Origin: Moniliella sp. 'wahieum'
Taxonomy: Eukaryota
NCBI GenBank assembly: GCA_003971905.1
Contig: RSEE01000063.1
Location: forward strand, 62,001 to 126,000
Length of the DNA stretch: 64,000 bases
Direction of reading: 5' to 3'
A program made the translations under genes and the position numbers. The notes under the pieces are model-generated. The model made no database searches. It was not told the origin of the DNA and was given only the letters and a program-made list of their open reading frames with translations. Every line of letters starts with the position of its first letter. The first letter of the stretch is position 1. Shown here one piece after another: positions 26,320-38,767 of this stretch.

Positions 26320-27337
26320 TGCGGTGAGATGGCAGGTGGGGGGTTGGTGGGTCGTTGAGAGTAAAGGTTGAGGGTGGAGAGCGGAGAAGCTGAAAGTGGA
26401 GAGTAGCAGGATACAGTCGAGAGGTGGGGGTGGAGCTCGCTGTGAGGGCGGGGGGTGGTGGTGAGGGGAGGGGGGAGGAGGGTGGCGAGTCGGGGTCAAA
26501 TTCAAAGGTTGAGAGGTAAACTTACCATGAATGCATTAGGAGCGCAGAATCTGCCAGGGTTAGCGCTTAAAGGCTTACAATGTTGAAATCGAAGCGCACG
26601 AGGGTGGCTGGCTGAGTCATACCGTCTCCTCGTCATCGTCGCAGTAGATCTGAGACGCAGACTCATCCATCATGCATGATGCACCATGTCTGATTCTGTC
26701 TTGAAGCTTCACTTTAAGCTGAAGCCCCAGCCGCAGGTTTATGTTTTCGTCGTACACTCCTCCTGCTTGGCTGCGTACGCACTACGACCTACCACCACTG
26801 CCCCTACGAGACAAGAGAGACAACCCATGCGTTGCCCGTACCGAAACAGAGGTGACGCACCCCCCTGATGCAGGTTTAGTCTGGATGGCATATGGGGTAC
26901 GAAAGAGACAGGCGAGGTGACGCGGTGACAGCTCAGGTGAGGTTTGAAGCTTGTTGCAGGCCTAAAGTCAGGTCTCGGAGACAAAAAAAAACATAGAATA
27001 GGTACCCACGCGCGCGATCGTGCCTACGGCGTCTGGAAGCCGCACCGAGCAGGGGGGGCATCGCTTTCCTACAACGTAAAACTAAGAACCGTGAAACGTA
27101 CAGGACAAGCAGCACGGGGGTGGAGGCGAAGCAGACAGGTTGGGACATGTTGACATGTTGGAAGTGAGCACAAGACTTGGGGGCGACAGAGACCACAATA
27201 GGGCCATGCGAAGCAGAATTGGAGACGTAGTAGGTGGGCAGACAGCCGGGGGGAAAGCGGGGGGGGGGGGGGAGTAATAGGGAATGGAAACGAGGGGACG
27301 AGGGGGGGACAAGACCTCTTAACCGGATCGTTCTCAG

Positions 27338-28170
27338 TTAATGACGACCAAAATTGATGATCAAGTCGAGGCAGAGCAAGTCGAGGTCAGTCTGCGACAG
27401 CCCCGTCAGGTGCACGTGAACTTGGGCGGTCCACGCGGGAGCTGAACCGTATGCTCAATTTCATAGTACCCGGCTCCAACGGGCACTGCAACTGCGCATC
27501 ATTCTCCGTGCAATCTCGCACAGATCAAATCGTTTCGACAAGAGCCGGATCAAACCCAACTTGACCACCACGTCCACTACCGATCCGTCCTGGCGCACAC
27601 AGTCCAAGGGTCAAGAGTCAGCTTCGATCCACGTTCGATGTTCGACGGCGCGCGTCACCGCCCGCTCTCCATACCACAGCGCCAAGCAAAACATAAAGCA
27701 GAAGGAAGAAAAGAAGAAAGAAAACAGAGAAAGAAGAAGGGAAAGGAAAATGAGGAAAGAGAAAGAGATAGTAGTACACGTACGTCCACATCCGCCTTGA
27801 CTTGTCCGGCTGCTTGACCGTCATGTTCTGTCCCGACTGCGGCGGGTCCGGCACCACATCCACCCGGTCCACCCGCACCACATCCGCATCTAGGCCACAC
27901 GACTGCCACACCCACCCGCTCCCGGGTTCAGCCACGTGCACGTCCGACGTTAGCGCTCCATCCGCCGCCGCACCGCCGCCGCCGCAGCAGCAGCAGCTGC
28001 TGCAGCCTCAGCCGTGTCGGCTAGCTTGGTGATCTTGAGCGAGAGAGAGTCGGGGGGCAACAGATCGAGGGTGTGGTCTGGGGAGGCATGCGTCGCCCAG
28101 GACAAGCTGGGATGGGAGGGCGGTGCAGGCGCTGGCGAGAGAGAGAGAGAGAAGCGCAAGGGAGTTTCAT
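27338..28170 (-). CDS. NPC2: ML-domain phosphatidylglycerol/phosphatidylinositol transfer protein (NPC2); intron ~27783-27590; frameshifted
   Basis: Signal-like N-terminus; WQSCGLDADVVRVDRVDVVPDPPQSGQNMTV; DGSVVDVVVKLGLIRLLSKRFDLCE; QCPLEPG; LLCLDLIINFGRH*. Confidence 0.9.
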
Positions 28171-28923
28171 GGTGGGGGGGTGGGAGGAGGAGGAGAAGGA
28201 GGAGGAGGGTGGAGGGAGGGCTGGGACTGGCTATATCTATCTCGCCGTGGGCCAGCGGCAGGGCGGGATGGGACGGGAATGAACGGGATGGGATGGGTTG
28301 GGTTGGGTTGGCTGCCCCGTGCCTTGGGTGGCGGCGGCCGGGGGGATTACGTCACACTTTGGCCTGGGCCTGGCGTGGCCTGGCGTACACTGCCGCCGTG
28401 CGGACCAGGCCATGGCGTTGTCCCGCACTACGATCTGCTAACCCTAAGCCGTGGCTCTGACGGCGGCAATCGATAAGAGTGATCGATCGGGACTCAAGTA
28501 CTCAATATCAATATTCAGTCAGCTTCAGCCCCTCCTGCTCGTTCCGCCCATTCCGCCGGCGATTGTAACCCCCTCATTAACGTAACCAGAGCCCTCGGCC
28601 CATCCCATGCCCCATCCCAATCCCAATCCCAACCGAGCCATCGCAGCCTCCAGCGCCCCCATGCCATCCAACGCCAGCCTCCACCCCCATCTGCTCATGC
28701 TCCACGGTCCTAGTATGTTGTTTTGCATCCATCCAGTCCAGTCGAGCACAGCGCCACAGCGGTGCCCAACAAAAAGAAATAATAGCACAAGAAAACTCCA
28801 CCCGCACACTTGAGCGCAGCTTGAGCACGGCTCTGCCCTGAGCCTCAGCCTTAGGCCTCAGGCCGCATCGGCATGCGATCCGGATTACTCCTCCCCCTTG
28901 GGATCAATGTTGACGCGTGCGGC

Positions 28924-31022
28924 TCAAACGTTGTTGCGGCGACAGGTGAAGGGGTCGTTGTGTGCGGAGGCATTGTAATCGTCAATGATCTGTTGAATCG
29001 AGGTGTAGAGACCAGGGCCAAGGAGGAACAATCCACAGGGGATAAGAGCCGCGTTGAACAACGTCTCTACCCGACGCAACCATCCTTGACCTTTCCATAG
29101 CCGGCCACGGTACAGCTCAAAGTAGGCCAATGCCCAGAAAATGTACCCCATGCTCGAGTCACAGAGCGCCGAGGTAAAGGATACTAAAAGGTGCGAGGTG
29201 GAGTGCGTTGAGGTGCGGTGGTAGGATAGGATGGGTAGTAGGGTAGGAAGTAGAGTAGCTGTGTTAGTTCTCACGATCGGACTGGGTGCGTATAGGGACA
29301 TAGACAGACAGAGAGAGATACGAGGGAGATGGCAAGGAAGGAGGAAAGAGGAAAGAGGTAAGCCAACGTACCAATATCACCAAACGAAGGGATAGCATTG
29401 CCCAAGATCCAGGCAACCACCCAAATCGCCACAATGATCGCGGTCCAGACCAGCCAGGACAATTTGGTGTGGTGGTGTGTAGTGGTGGGTGCCATGAAAA
29501 AAGACGGCAAAGATAGAGCGGGCACTAGGCTAGCATAGATGAGCCAATCAAGATAGTGGCGGGAAGAAGCGAATGCAAAACGCGATCTTTTGCGTGTTTC
29601 ATCCCGAATGATAGCCACCGCTGGCTGGGACGAGTACTGGCCTGAAAACGCATAGATAAACACGCCTACCCGGCAAACATGAGAAACTCGGCAACCGTCA
29701 ACGCCGCTAACGCTTTAGGGAATTCCCGTGGATCTTCATCTCGGCAATAAACGACGGGTAGATCACTTGCCCACCCACAAAAATACAATGTTGATCGCCG
29801 CATTTGTGCCGTGCACAAAGCTCGTCCCTTTGGGCGCAACCGCCGTCAAAGTCACCTTCTCCCCGTGCGGTTTGGCTGCCGGTTGTTGGTGCTGGATCCC
29901 AACAAAGATCATCGTCAGGAGCATACACAGGCCCATGCAAGCTTCCGTCCCCTTATTGTCAGTCGTTCATCATCCCAGCGACGCAATGCGAAACGGAAGG
30001 GCAAAACCAAACAAAAAAGAGAAGAATGGAGTGGAGTGGAATGGAATGGAGGGGGGGAGGGGGAGGGGAAAGGGAAACCCAATCGCTCGTCCCCATAGGG
30101 AGACAACACACAAAAGTACAAGCAGAGATGACGCCCATGGTGGCAATGTGACCGAATCGTCGTGGCAACGTGCCGAGAATGCAGGCGATCATGACAAACA
30201 CACTGATCGCCACTGTGCACCAGCCACCACCAGGATGGAACGAAAGGGTGTTGATGATCTCACTCCCCGTGAGCGTGTGGAAACCTGAAGAGAACGAAGA
30301 GAAGAAGAAGAAGAAAAGAAGAAAGAAGAAGAAGAAGAAGAAGAAGAAGAAGAAAAAGTAACCAGTCAGCATCCCACAATGCACCATAATAGCAATGTGC
30401 CGTGCTGGGCCCGTTTGGAGGGTGGCCTGCCACGTCATCTGAGATCGGACGGCGCAAGCAGCGGGGCGAGTGGGGAGTGGGGAGTGGAGAGTGGAGAGTG
30501 GAGGGTGTAGATAAGACAAAGGGACCTACCCATAATAAAGATATTGTTGATGGTCAGAATGCTGAATCCGAGCCACCATCCGAAGCGGCTGTAGCCGCGT
30601 CCAAACGAAAAGATATGCGCGCCAATATCCGCAATGTTAAGTTGATCTGGATGGGCTAAACAGTATCGCCACAAAACAATGCTCGTGTAGAGGTTGACCA
30701 CGCCGACCAAAAACACAATCAACAGTCCGCCCCACAAACCCCGTGCTAGCAAACGACGCTGGCACAGATAAGATGGCCAAGGGTACCATCTCCCCAAACA
30801 ACAAGCCAGTCACTTGCAGTACACTTAGCCCCTTGGTATCAATGTACCCAGCCTCGAGGGATCGTGCGAGCCCACCGCTTTTCATCCACAAGCACCTCAC
30901 CTTGCTCGGACGCACTGAGCGCATCCTGCTGTTTCTAAACTCGCCGAGAGCTTGGTGGGCGCAGCGGCGGACGCGGCAGATACGGCATCCACGTCGGGGG
31001 GGAGGGGGAAGGAGGGGGCATG
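28924..31022 (-). CDS. Aa_trans-family neutral amino acid permease (Mtr-like), multi-exon, frameshifted
   Basis: GEMVPLAILSVPASFASTG.VGGLLIV; YTSIVLWRYC..HP; NNIFIMGFHTLTG; CILGTLPR; FVGGQVIYPSFIAEM; IWVVAWILGNAIPSFGD; FLLGPGLYTSIQQI. Start is approximate. Confidence 0.9.
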
Positions 31023-32699
31023 GTGGTGCGGGAGAAGTGCGAGAAAGGCGAGAAGAAGGAGGGGTGGCGGAAAAAGGCAGATAGGGGGAGGGGGTATATG
31101 AGGAGGATGGGGCAAAATTCGGTTGGCGTGCAGGCTGAGACAGGTGGCGCGTGACGCCAGAGGCCAGAGGGCTGGCAAGAGGAAGGGGATGGATTAGGAA
31201 TGGTTACTGGCGGGTGCCTCGGTGCGCGCTGGGCGCTCAGGCTGGGCACTACCGTGTACACAGTACACGCCCAGTACACACCAGCGGGCGAGGGTCGAAG
31301 CGGACGAAAGGCAGGGCGGGATGGGAGACACGGGGGGCACGGGGGCGGTATGGGACGCGCGTTGCGTGCTGGGCTGGGCGGGGCGGTGTTGCCGTTGCTG
31401 GACAAACAGGCGGAGGGCGGATGCATGACTAGTGACTGGTCACGCGCACGCTCCCTGTCACGGTGACGAGACCCAGCACACGGCCTACTGCGCTCCCGAG
31501 CGCCACGGACGACTCCCCCATCCCAGCCCTCTTGCACGCCGTGGGCGGGGAGGGGGCGGCCCAGCACAACGCTCGCAGCGCGCAGCAGAGGATGGCCATC
31601 GCAGTACCTTGGGCCTACCACTGGAAGCCTGCTCATGAATGGACGCGTGACGCCGAACCATTAATCATGCATCATGCATCTGGCCGCCCTCCGCACAGGG
31701 TACGTACTTGCTCGCCAGTCCATCACTCTACGGCCGACGGGCCCCGACGGCCTCCCGCTTGCCTCTCACCAGCTCCCTCGTTCCCGAGTGCCTCCGCCCG
31801 TCCTGTGTCCTGAGCCTCACCCGCCCCCATCACTGCATCACCCACGAGACGCTCGCCCGACCACCTACACTACTAGGGTTGCAGGACAGACGACAGCACG
31901 CCATCGCTTCCGCGTCGTTGAGCATGCGATCTGGCTAGTGGCTGCGCCCATCCCACGCCGTACCTGACTAGTGACTAGCTAGCTGACTGCTATATCCCCT
32001 ACCGCAACGCAGGCATCCCATCGCAGCCATGGCCCAACCGGGGCGTCGGCGTCATCGTCATCCGCGTCATCGGTTCCTCTCTCGTCGAGTGGGGCTTTTG
32101 ACCTGCTGTTTTGCGGTGGGCCTTCTGCTCGCCACTAGCCACTGCCCGCCCCACGCCACCCGTCACACGTCACGCGTCACCGCGTCGCGTCACCTACTGC
32201 CCTCGTCAGCACCTCGGCCCGCATCACGTCGATGACGCCAACGGGCGCAGAATGGTTAATGAGTAAGGAATACGTTACGCGTTACGTTTAATGACCTTAA
32301 TTACCACCCTGAGCGCCTGAGCCATGGCCAGTTGGCTCCGGCATCCTCCGCGGCAGCAGGGAAGCGCGTTCGATACCTTCGTCATTCACGCCTCAGGGCC
32401 TCAGCCCAGGGGCGACACGTTCTGCGGGGACATGGGCACACCCCGACGGACCAGGTCTGGCCCTGCGCTCAGTATACAGTGGGCTGTCTACCAAAAATCC
32501 AATTGAGGATCGGTGATGCATGGTGCATGATAGCCGTCATCGATCAGATCGATCATCCACACCCAGTTTCAGCCAGTCAAAAAATTTACTGCAATACTCT
32601 CAGTATACGCCGTCTGAAGAGTAGAGTCGGTGGAGTGGCGAGCATAGCGTCCTCTTCCTACCCTTTTTTCAATGACGCGTGACGGCCGAACGACGCCAA

Positions 32700-33730
32700 A
32701 GAGCACGAGCCTTGGAGTCACTAGTCACTAGTCACTAGTCACTAGTCGCTGCGCCCATTCTCTATGCACTCTCTCATGTCTCATCGCTCATTATCGATTG
32801 ATCGATTATCGCCCATCCCACCTCTCCCATCTCATGAACTCATTCTTCAGGCCCAGGCCAACAAGAAGGACGAACGCCAAGACTACGCTACTACGAACTC
32901 AGTGCAGTAAGAAAGACGCTGAGTACTGACTCTAGCGCACCACGGAAAGTCGGTATACTTTTCTCGCCGTCGTTATACGTCCATCCACATGTGCGCCTTG
33001 GACCATAGAGCACCATCGACATCAATATATCTCATCCTCCCGCCCGATGGCTTTTTCACATCCCACATCACCCCCACGTTTCATCCTTCACGTCTGGTGT
33101 CCACTTATAGGTGCTCTTTTCGTGCACTTCCCATGTCAGTATACTGGTGGAGGAGTACTCACTCAGGACTCAGACTCAGGACTCAGTCTGAGTACGCAGT
33201 GTTGAACGTTGAGTACTGAGTAATATTGAGTACTGAGTACTGAGTACTTGATGTACTCGACGGACTTTCATGATACGTACTGATGCATGGGTACTACGGA
33301 AATAATGCTTGTGGGGGCCAGTACCAGTACGGTCCGTACGGTCCGTACCAGTGCCATCACAGAGCCTGCCACAACTACTGCCTTAGATCCACCGCTTCCT
33401 AAAAGCACGCCACCGTTACATGTTACAAGCCGTCACCGGTGGCGTCTTGTCCAAAGGGGTTATCCTGAGCCTCAGGTCTCAGTATCTCACGTCTACTCAG
33501 CCTGCAGGCTTCAAGCTTCAAGCTTGAAGCTTCAGGCCCTTCAGGGGGCTCGTTTACTAGTTACTAGTTACGAAGTAGTCTTACTCCGTTACTCCGTTAC
33601 GCGTTACTGGCTTTTGTGCCGACATGGTTCGTTACATGTTACATTCAGTCTGAGATCTGAGATCTGCGATCTGAGCCTCAGGCCTCACAGTTACAGTTAC
33701 TCCGTATACTCAGGTACTCGCTAGTACCTA
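32700..33730. repeat. Intergenic zone dense in short tandem repeats built on palindromic cores
   Basis: (agtcact)n 32716-32746, (actcagg/a)n 33161-33186, (gagtact)n 33210-33250, (ggtccgtac)2, (aagcttc/g)n, (gttacta/gttactcc)n, (gagatct)n. Confidence 0.8.
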
Positions 33731-34812
33731 GCCATCATATTGCACCAGCCACTGGCTGATGAACGGGGCCTCGGTGCACACGTTCAGAATAAGGGCGAGG
33801 CAAGGGTGTGCGTGGTACCCCTGGTGTACCTGAAGCCTAACCTTCCAGTGGCGTAAGCTGGCCTACTATAACCTGCACAGGGACATCCTGGACGAAAGTT
33901 ATGCATCGCATGCATAAACGGTGTTGGTAAACAATACTAATACTAGTACTACTAGTTGTGGTACTGTAGCACCACAGGAGGTTGAAACACACCTCCCATC
34001 TTCTGCGGGCCACAGCACACTGTATACAGGACCGAACGTAGTAATCAGTCGAGAGTACTCGAAGTACGTGCCCCGTGCGTCTTCCACGGGACAACCTTGG
34101 TGGGGTAGCTCACATGGCGCTCACATGGGTCACAGGCCAGCCAGCGACTGAAGCTAATTCCGGAGGCCCTATAGTCTGGGGTCCGTCCAAGTGCAGCGTC
34201 TTCATGTCCTGAGGCTGCCCGAAGGCTTCATGTCGATGAACAGGTACGATGTTTTCCCTCACTTCCAACTCATGCTGCTTACTATATGTTGATGTTGAGG
34301 CGTAGTTAGCGCTCCTCTCAGCATCAACGTCTTACCACTCGATATCCCTTCTCTCCATACTCCGTGTCCGTCTTTCTAAGCTCGCTGGGAGCACATGTTG
34401 GGACCCGTGGTCCCGTACTTAGGCCAAGGTGCCTCATCACCCTTCACCCCTGATTTGTCCTCCCAAGCCTCCACGTGTATACTCAGGCTTGTTTGAACCC
34501 CTGTCTCTAGGTGTGGCACAAGGCTTAGACCTGAACCACCACCATCGCGATTGCATTGCTCTACATCTCCAGAGGTTCTTCACCCAATCCCTTGGGTTCC
34601 TCCGGTCTTACAGCACAGTAGCCTACCATCCCACGCGCGCTTATATCTCCCGGCTACTACAGAGTACACAGACCGGAGTCCTGATTGAGTGGGGTAGATA
34701 TGGTAAGAATTGGTACGACAGTGATCCTACGAAATGCAAAGGGGGGAGAACCAGGCAAGTGGTGCAGAACGATCGATCAGGCTAGCGAAGCGTACTGAGT
34801 ACTGAGCTTCCG

Positions 34813-37800
34813 TCACGCCTTTTTGGCCGCTTCCAGAGAGGCAATGGCCGACACGGACCGACGACGTCTCCGTTTGGGAGCCGCAGAGGTTGACGCAGGG
34901 GTAGCCTCGGAAGCCGCATCCGAATCCGAATCCCAAGCCGGCTCGGCCGCCGAGTCGGCAGAAGCAGACTCATCCACCTCATCCACCCCCTCCATCGCCG
35001 CACCAAAGTCAAACTTGCCCAACACAGGCTCCTCCGACGCATCAAACTCGATCGGAGGCTCATCGTTGCCCCACTCAGCTTCTTCCGCTTCTTCCGTGCC
35101 AGGCTCCAGACCTTGCTCATGGTACTTCTTTTCCTCGGCTGCCAAGCGTTGGGCCGCGGCGGACCGAGCGCGTTTACGCGACTCGCCTTCCAACTCAGCC
35201 TCGAGCTCTTCTTTCGCACGACGACGCGCTTCCAAGTGCGCTGCAATCGCCGCTTTGTCCGCATCTTCTTCGCTCATCTCCTCGGTCTCCCAGGACGTCT
35301 CGTCTCCCAGTCGTCCATGTCGTACACCCGGTCGGAATCGGAATCTTCACCTTCCCCATCGAGAGAGTCAAAGAGCGCCGATTCAGCTGGTGTCGGTGTC
35401 GGTTTCGGCTTCCGCTTCGGCGCAGCAGGTTTGCTCGCCTCCGCCTCAGAAACGCTATTGGGATCGGCCAGCGGGAAGACCTTGGGCTTGACTTGCAGCG
35501 TAGATAGGATCCCACCAAATCGTAGCTCCTCCGTTGAAATCACAGTGGGATCATTCGGGGCTGGGTTGTACAGCCGTTGGTCTTCGGTCCAGCCTTGTGC
35601 ACTGGCTGGTACACACGCATGATGGTGAACACTTGCGCGCCCGGTCGACCAAAGGCAACAGGGGACGGGCCATCGAGACCTTCGCTGTCCAAGTCGCCAC
35701 TTGCCTTTGCTTCTTCTTTCGCTTTCTCTCCGCCTCGCGCGCGGCAGGGTGTACCTCGGAACTGTGCGCAGTACGCAACCGCGCAGCACGACCAGCGAGA
35801 TGCGTATAGTTGGGCGCGGACTTGACTGCGTCCACCGTAAGAATAAACACTTGGCTCAGATCGGGAATGTGGATCCCACGCGCCTGATCGGCAGTCAGGA
35901 CATACACCCGACTCTTCTTGTTCTTCTTAGACAAGGTCCAGCTTCCAACGGAGACTGCGTCGCCTTCGCCACCCGCTCCCCCGATGCGTCCGCCGGCATC
36001 CACGGCAGGTACGCTGCGCAGGCACACCCAGCGATTGCAAGTGCTGGATCACCTTGGGCTGCGACCAGCCTCCCGGGATGAGCACTGCCGCGTGCCCGAG
36101 GCCACTGACGCATGCACAAACGCTGCTGCCTCGACCAAGTCGTAGTCCATTGCAGGTTCGGGAGCGCGGTAGGCCAGAACCGCTTTGGGCGTCGATGCCT
36201 CCCGGATCGATGACGGCACGTCCTCCTCCACCCCTTTGGTCCGCGTAGGCAAACGTTGCTTCTCCTCCATAAACTCGTCCGTAGGCGGCGCTTTCCATTC
36301 GTCGATCGACTCAAACTGGTCATGGGACTGACGGTCCTTATTGAACAGATGGGGACGGAGGTACATATTCCTCAACCCGGGCAACGGCGTCTGGTTGGGC
36401 TCGGTCGATACTGTATTGGCCGTTTGGCCATTCCGAACCTCGTCCACGACCAAACAGTAGTGGTCAATTTCCTTGGGCATCGATCCCACCTCCAACGCAA
36501 TCCGAACCGACGGTTCCAGCTTGCCCAGACCTCGACTCAAGTCGGTCCGGTTACCAGCATCCAGACGCAAGCGTGACTGGCCGGTCAAGTCGACCCATTG
36601 GCCTGTGAAACGTCCTCGTTCCAACTGTCCGATTCGCAACCAGCCCGTTCGACCACCGAAAAAGTGCCGCAACACCGAGTTGGCCGTCGCGCTAATCGCA
36701 ATCAGTTGCAGAGGCGGGATAAACACACCCTTTTGGTCCACCACACTGCGTGGTAACGGCGTAGCATACAAGTGCTTGCTCAGAGCACGACGCGTACCTT
36801 GGTGCACTTTGCCACGTACCTCCACCGGAACCGCACGAGACTCATTGTCATACCGATTCATCTTTTCCAGCCCGGCGCCGGACCAGCCCGCTCCACCCGA
36901 CATGGTCGGACGCAGGCGCATAATATCGTTCATCACCGAAAGACCGACAGGCGGATGCTGTTCCATCTGCCACACTTGTTTCTGGTCGGTCGGGTAGCCA
37001 GGCAACTGGAACAGCGCGTCCACCTCGTCCAACACGAGCGTACGCATAGTCCGCAGTCCTAACAGGCTACGGCCCCCACCACCAGGAAGGTGCGGGTCAT
37101 CTAGGATTTCCCGTAGCCGACCGGGCGTGGCGACCAGCACGTGCGGCGGGGTGTTGCGCAGCGCTTCAAGTTGCTCTCGTCGGTACGCGCCGGATCCTTG
37201 CGCACCAATACTTGCAAGATCGGGTCCAGCGCTTTGAAGGAACTTTCGGGATCGGGAAGCACGTGCCGGGCCCAATCGCGGTACTGGAACGCAAGGTCGT
37301 TGCTTGGTACAATGATCAGTGCCGACACGGCCGGTTTGGTCAGCACCGACGGGTCGGACGCCTCGGCTTTCCCTACCGTACCATCCGATTTCCGTTTAGC
37401 TCCTTCCATCCGAGCCACGTGAGCCGCCGCCCGAGTGGCTCGTACGCCATCCATGCCACGACGCGCTTGTGACCGGTCCCAGGACTTGTCCAGCCGCTGT
37501 TCCAATGGCCGGCCTCCTAGTGTCGTCTTGAGCTTCAGCCGCGGTTGCGACAAGAGCGCCAGTAGCACGCCAAACGATTTCCCATTCCCCGTTTGCGCGC
37601 GCAAGATCAGGTCCGACCGAGGCCGGGACATCATGGACGGAATCAAGACTGCCTGGGTAGGCGTGGGGGCACGAATGGAAGGGAATCGCTGCGTCAGCAC
37701 TCCGGCCAAATTGGCATTCACTCCAATCTTGGCAAAGCTAGCGGCCGAAGGGATGATTTTCATTCGTCCCGTCGGCGTCTCGACTTGGATCTTGCGTTGC

Positions 37801-38219
37801 TTGATAGTTTTGGCACGGGCAAATCCCTCGGGCGTCGGATCACCACGCATCTCTGCTTCAAATTCTGCTTGTGCACGGCGCGTACGCTCTTTCTCTTTTC
37901 GCTTCGCTTCGCGCTCCTTGAAGATACGGTAGGAACGGTCGTTCATCGGATCAAACTCTTCCTTGAGCGATTTGGCTTTGCGCTCCGGATCCCAGCTACG
38001 GCCTTTGCGGTGCTCCCGCTCTGGCGGCTTCAACGATTCGGCCGTCGCGCCAGAGGGGGTGCGGGGAGGCGCACGCGTCCGCGCACCACGCACCAACATC
38101 GGTCCCGCCACCGCGAGCGGCAGCGGAGGAAGCGGCCGGCGCAGCAGCGCGGGGAGGCCCATGTGCACCCGCAGGGCACGCGCAGCCGTCGTCGCGTGCG
38201 GACGAGTCAAGGGCAGCAT
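34813..38219 (-). CDS. Mitochondrial-type DEAD-box RNA helicase (DEVD) with acidic C-terminal tail; frameshifted
   Basis: Arg-rich, acid-free N-terminus (MLPLTRPHATTAARALRV..); Q motif PTPTQ; I AQTGNGKS; Ia VPSNDLAFQ; Ib TPGRL; II DEVD; III SAT; V ARGIHIP; VI HLAGRAAR. Confidence 0.88.
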
Positions 38220-38767
38220 GTACGGTGCTGCGTTGGTTACGGGTGGTGGGAGAGCAGGTCGGGGCGGGCGAGGCGGCGAGGCGTGCGACTTGCTTCGGTG
38301 CTTCGGTGCTTCGTTCTGGGCTTCTTTCTGTGCTTCGGTGCTTGGCGCTGCCTGGGCGCCCAGTCTTCCTGCTGCTTCCGCTCAGGCCAAAAAAATTAAG
38401 TACCCGTTCGGTGCAACTGCCCTGTCGGTGGCAATCTATGGCATGCTGCAACTTTCAATTTCAACATTCAACTTTCCTGCGCTGCTAACCAAGGGCGGGA
38501 GAAGCTGTTCCATATTACCTACCTTCCTACCTACCTCTAACCCTCCCACACTACCCCCCTCCAGCGAGAGCAGCACCACGAGAAACAGAAATGCGGTGCA
38601 GGAAGATTCGAATACAAGAGAAGGAAGACAAAGCGTATGTTTTTGGTGCGGGTTGTCGCGCGCCAGGCCGAGGCCGGTTGGACAAGAGAAAGTGAGGTTT
38701 TGATTTAGGAAGCGTTTGGCCAAGAGCAACAGAAGCATGGGCAGGGTTGTGCAGCACGCATGCGCCA

